39,215 nt of DNA from a virus (Duplodnaviria; Caudoviricetes), in IMG/VR virus record IMGVR_UViG_3300031539_000125, positions 1 through 39,215 of that record; one strand, given 5' to 3'. Shown here piece after piece: positions 37,036 through 39,215 of this stretch. The position numbers and the translations under genes were made by a program. The notes beneath the pieces are model-generated. The model did not search any database and had not been told where the DNA came from. It was given only the letters and a program-made list of their open reading frames with translations. Positions within the stretch are counted from its first letter, which is position 1. The number at the start of each line of letters is the position of its first letter.

Positions 37036-37442
37036 TAACAATAACCATACCAGGTAAACCAATTGCTAAAGCAAGACCGCGTTTTTACAGACGTGGGAAT
37101 TTTGTTGGTACCTATAATAGCCAAGAAACGGAAGAGGGTCGCTGGCTATTGGAAGCAAAAAGCCAAATTGAGCTAAAAGAGCTATTAATAGGGGCGATTA
37201 GCTTAAAAGTTAGATTTTATATGCCAATGCCTAAATCATTTCCAAAGAAGCTGATACATTTGTTGAAAGCTGGCTTTTGGATACCACATATCAAACGCCC
37301 CGACCTGGATAACCTCATAAAATTTGTTAAAGATTGTCTTAATGGCGTTGTCTGGAAAGATGATAGCCAAATTTCAAAACTCATGGGATTTAAGATTTAT
37401 GGGATCGAGCCTCGAACAGAGATAACAATAGAGGCAAACTAA
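37032..37442 (+). CDS. rusA: RusA-family Holliday junction resolvase
   Basis: PGKPIAKARPR, RPDLDNLIK.VKDCLNG..WKDDSQI. Confidence 0.92.
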   Translation: MITITIPGKPIAKARPRFYRRGNFVGTYNSQETEEGRWLLEAKSQIELKELLIGAISLKVRFYMPMPKSFPKKLIHLLKAGFWIPHIKRPDLDNLIKFVKDCLNGVVWKDDSQISKLMGFKIYGIEPRTEITIEAN

Positions 37443-37501
37443 AGAGGCCTTGGGGCTTGAAGTGGAACTGTGGCCGTTATTTGAGAGAGGAAAAGATCCG
37501 G

Positions 37502-37561
37502 AGCGCAGCGAAGCAAAGCGCAGCGAAGCAGAGCGGAGCACAGCCTAGCGCAGCAAAGCAA
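37502..37561 (+). repeat. Twelve contiguous AGCNN pentamers
   Basis: AGCGC AGCGA AGCAA AGCGC AGCGA AGCAG AGCGG AGCAC AGCCT AGCGC AGCAA AGCAA. Confidence 0.85.
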
Positions 37562-37585
37562 ATAACCATGAAAGGCGTTAGATAA

Positions 37586-37972
37586 TTGTCTCCAATGAAA
37601 CCATATAGGCCTTGTCCTGGCCGGGGATCGAGACGCAATGCCTGCCCTAATCTGATACGAGGCCCTGAAGTATGCCCTCAATGTCAAGTCTATGAGAAGA
37701 CAGCAGCTAAAGAATATGATCAGCAGCGAGGTAGCTCAAGAGAGCGTGGATATGATACCCAGTGGGAAAAGGTAAGGGATCTTAAAGCAAGCCGCGATCC
37801 TTTGTGTGAAGAATGTTTAAGTCAAGACCGCGATAAAGCCCTTGATGTTGTGCATCATGTCATTGCTATAAGCGAGGGCGGAGAACGATTATCAATGGAA
37901 AATCTACAAAGTTTATGTACTGAATGCCATGAAAGAAAACATAGTTCCGGGAGGTTTGGAAGGGCTAAATAA
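37586..37972 (+). CDS. Terminase-associated HNH endonuclease (HK97 gp74-like)
   Basis: RGSSRERGYD..W, PLCEEC, VHHV, ENLQSLC..CH..KH. Confidence 0.9.
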   Translation: MSPMKPYRPCPGRGSRRNACPNLIRGPEVCPQCQVYEKTAAKEYDQQRGSSRERGYDTQWEKVRDLKASRDPLCEECLSQDRDKALDVVHHVIAISEGGERLSMENLQSLCTECHERKHSSGRFGRAK

Positions 37973-38069
37973 AGGCTTGACAATATGTTACCATTAAGGA
38001 GGTTTATTATGCCTTGAGGATTGGCCTGGATATAGAAGAGACTAAAAAGAAAAAGGATTGAGGCGAACA

Positions 38070-38222
38070 ATGATTTACGAGTATAACTACATCATCACCG
38101 TGGAGATCCAGTCAGAGACAGAAGAGGAACAGAAGGAATTACGCAAGAAGCTCAAGCAAGAACTGTTCCAGGTCTACGGCGGCAACGAGATAACCAGGCT
38201 GGTTGAAATGAAGAGAGTATAG
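38070..38222 (+). CDS. Small hypothetical protein (50 aa, not in ORF track)
   Basis: MIYEYNYIITVEIQSETEEEQKELRKKL...; SD GAGG. Confidence 0.5.
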   Translation: MIYEYNYIITVEIQSETEEEQKELRKKLKQELFQVYGGNEITRLVEMKRV

Positions 38223-38252
38223 GGATGGGGGTGGGTCAAGAAAAAAGGAAGA

Positions 38253-39185
38253 ATGCCCCGAAAACATAAGTTAATCCGCAAATGTAACTGGTGTGAAAAA
38301 CAATTTGAAACAAATAGTCTTCATCAAGAGACATGCTCGCGTAGTTGCGGGATATCATTGCTTAGGCAAAGAGAATTAGAAATGAACGAAAAGGAAGGCA
38401 TTATGCAAGTGTGGGCATGTGGTGGAGGCGTGCAGAGTACAGCAATTGCGGTTTTGATTTGTCAAGGTAAGTTACCTACACCTGATTTTGCATGGATCGT
38501 TGATGTTGGATATGAAAAGAGTAAGACTTTCGATTACGTGAAATCAACAATTATTCCACGGCTCAGTGAGATAGGGGTTAGATTAAAAATAATTAGGACA
38601 ATAGACTATTTCGATAATAGCCTATTCGATGCAACGAACAACGTGAGATTACCCCTCTATGAAAAGGGAAATGATGGCATCGTGAGAAAATACAAAACAC
38701 ATTGTTCTGGGACATGGAAGCAAAGGGTGGCCCATCATTGGCTAAGGGAGCAGGGTGTTAAGCGATGTGATACTTGGATCGGTATTTCGGTTGATGAGAT
38801 GCGAAGGATAAAGATCAGTTCGGTTAAGTGGAATCAAAATAAATATCCATTAGTTGATCTAGGTATAAGGCGTGAAGACTGTATTGATCTTATTGCACGC
38901 GCTGGATGGCCTAAGCCAGAGCACACTTCTTGTTATCTGTGTCCGAATCAACCTGATTTTCAATGGCAGGATTTAAAAGAGAATTACCGGGAAGACTGGG
39001 AACGAGCAGTTGGATTTGATGAATACATAAGGAGCATCAATCCCAACTTATTTCTACATACGAGCTGTAAGCCGTTGAAAGATAAGGCGTTTGATACCAA
39101 GTACACAAATAAATTTTTTGTAGGTAAAGAATGTTTTGGGGATTGTGAATCGATAGTTGAAGAGGGGGGTGGGTCAAATCTCTAG
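38253..39185 (+). CDS. PP-loop / PAPS-reductase-like protein with an N-terminal zinc finger
   Basis: CGGGVQSTA, DVGYE, C...WK, WIGISVDE..R, YPL, SCYLCP; N-terminal CNWC...CSRSC. Confidence 0.75.
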   Translation: MPRKHKLIRKCNWCEKQFETNSLHQETCSRSCGISLLRQRELEMNEKEGIMQVWACGGGVQSTAIAVLICQGKLPTPDFAWIVDVGYEKSKTFDYVKSTIIPRLSEIGVRLKIIRTIDYFDNSLFDATNNVRLPLYEKGNDGIVRKYKTHCSGTWKQRVAHHWLREQGVKRCDTWIGISVDEMRRIKISSVKWNQNKYPLVDLGIRREDCIDLIARAGWPKPEHTSCYLCPNQPDFQWQDLKENYREDWERAVGFDEYIRSINPNLFLHTSCKPLKDKAFDTKYTNKFFVGKECFGDCESIVEEGGGSNL

Positions 39186-39215
39186 GGACCAATGCTCCCG
39201 AACCGAGTGGCTAGC
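39164..39215 (+). other. cos-proximal packaging motif
   Basis: GGGGGGTGGGTCAAATCTCTAG...CCGAACCG resembles the sequence preceding 3'-cos ends of HNH-encoding HK97-like phages; the window ends here. Confidence 0.55.

Noticed and set aside
37439-37687. ORF with LRCALL repeats
   Set aside because: Antisense translation of the pentamer array.
37977-38010. Late promoter at TTGACA
   Set aside because: No acceptable -10 hexamer at 16-18 bp spacing.

Overview
This window is most of a temperate, long-tailed (HK97/lambda-like) phage genome in its unintegrated form. It has an intact attP carrying a tRNA-Pro 3' fragment mid-window, and a cos-type motif after the HNH gene at the right edge; terminase, portal and capsid genes lie outside. 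Positions 1-19.8 kb (+) hold the tail module, two glycosyltransferases, a collagen-like fibre and a lysis region with a LECT2-like M23 peptidase. An intact IS605 element (tnpA+tnpB) sits between the convergent arms. Positions 21.6-30.0 kb (-) hold the integrase, a DUF5131 radical-SAM-like gene, a RecT/RecE-like pair and small early genes. Positions 30.1-39.2 kb (+) hold an HTH regulator, ParB/MT-A70 methylase, NDT-like gene, a solo tnpB, an iteron origin, a helicase, RusA, HNH and a PP-loop gene. The strongest candidate for an undescribed system is an ORF-poor ~800-nt stretch (28.28-29.07 kb, -) packed with structured RNA domains and two boxA-like sites. It includes a tRNA-Leu-like RNA whose anticodon/variable region is replaced by a ~130-nt multi-hairpin domain. 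Other leads: a glycosyltransferase + collagen fibre module with a docking motif split across two genes; a kissing-loop RNA flanked by a 16-bp duplication; a +1 frame break in the tape measure gene; and recurrent 13-23-bp junction repeats around accessory genes. All calls come from manual reading, with no database searches.
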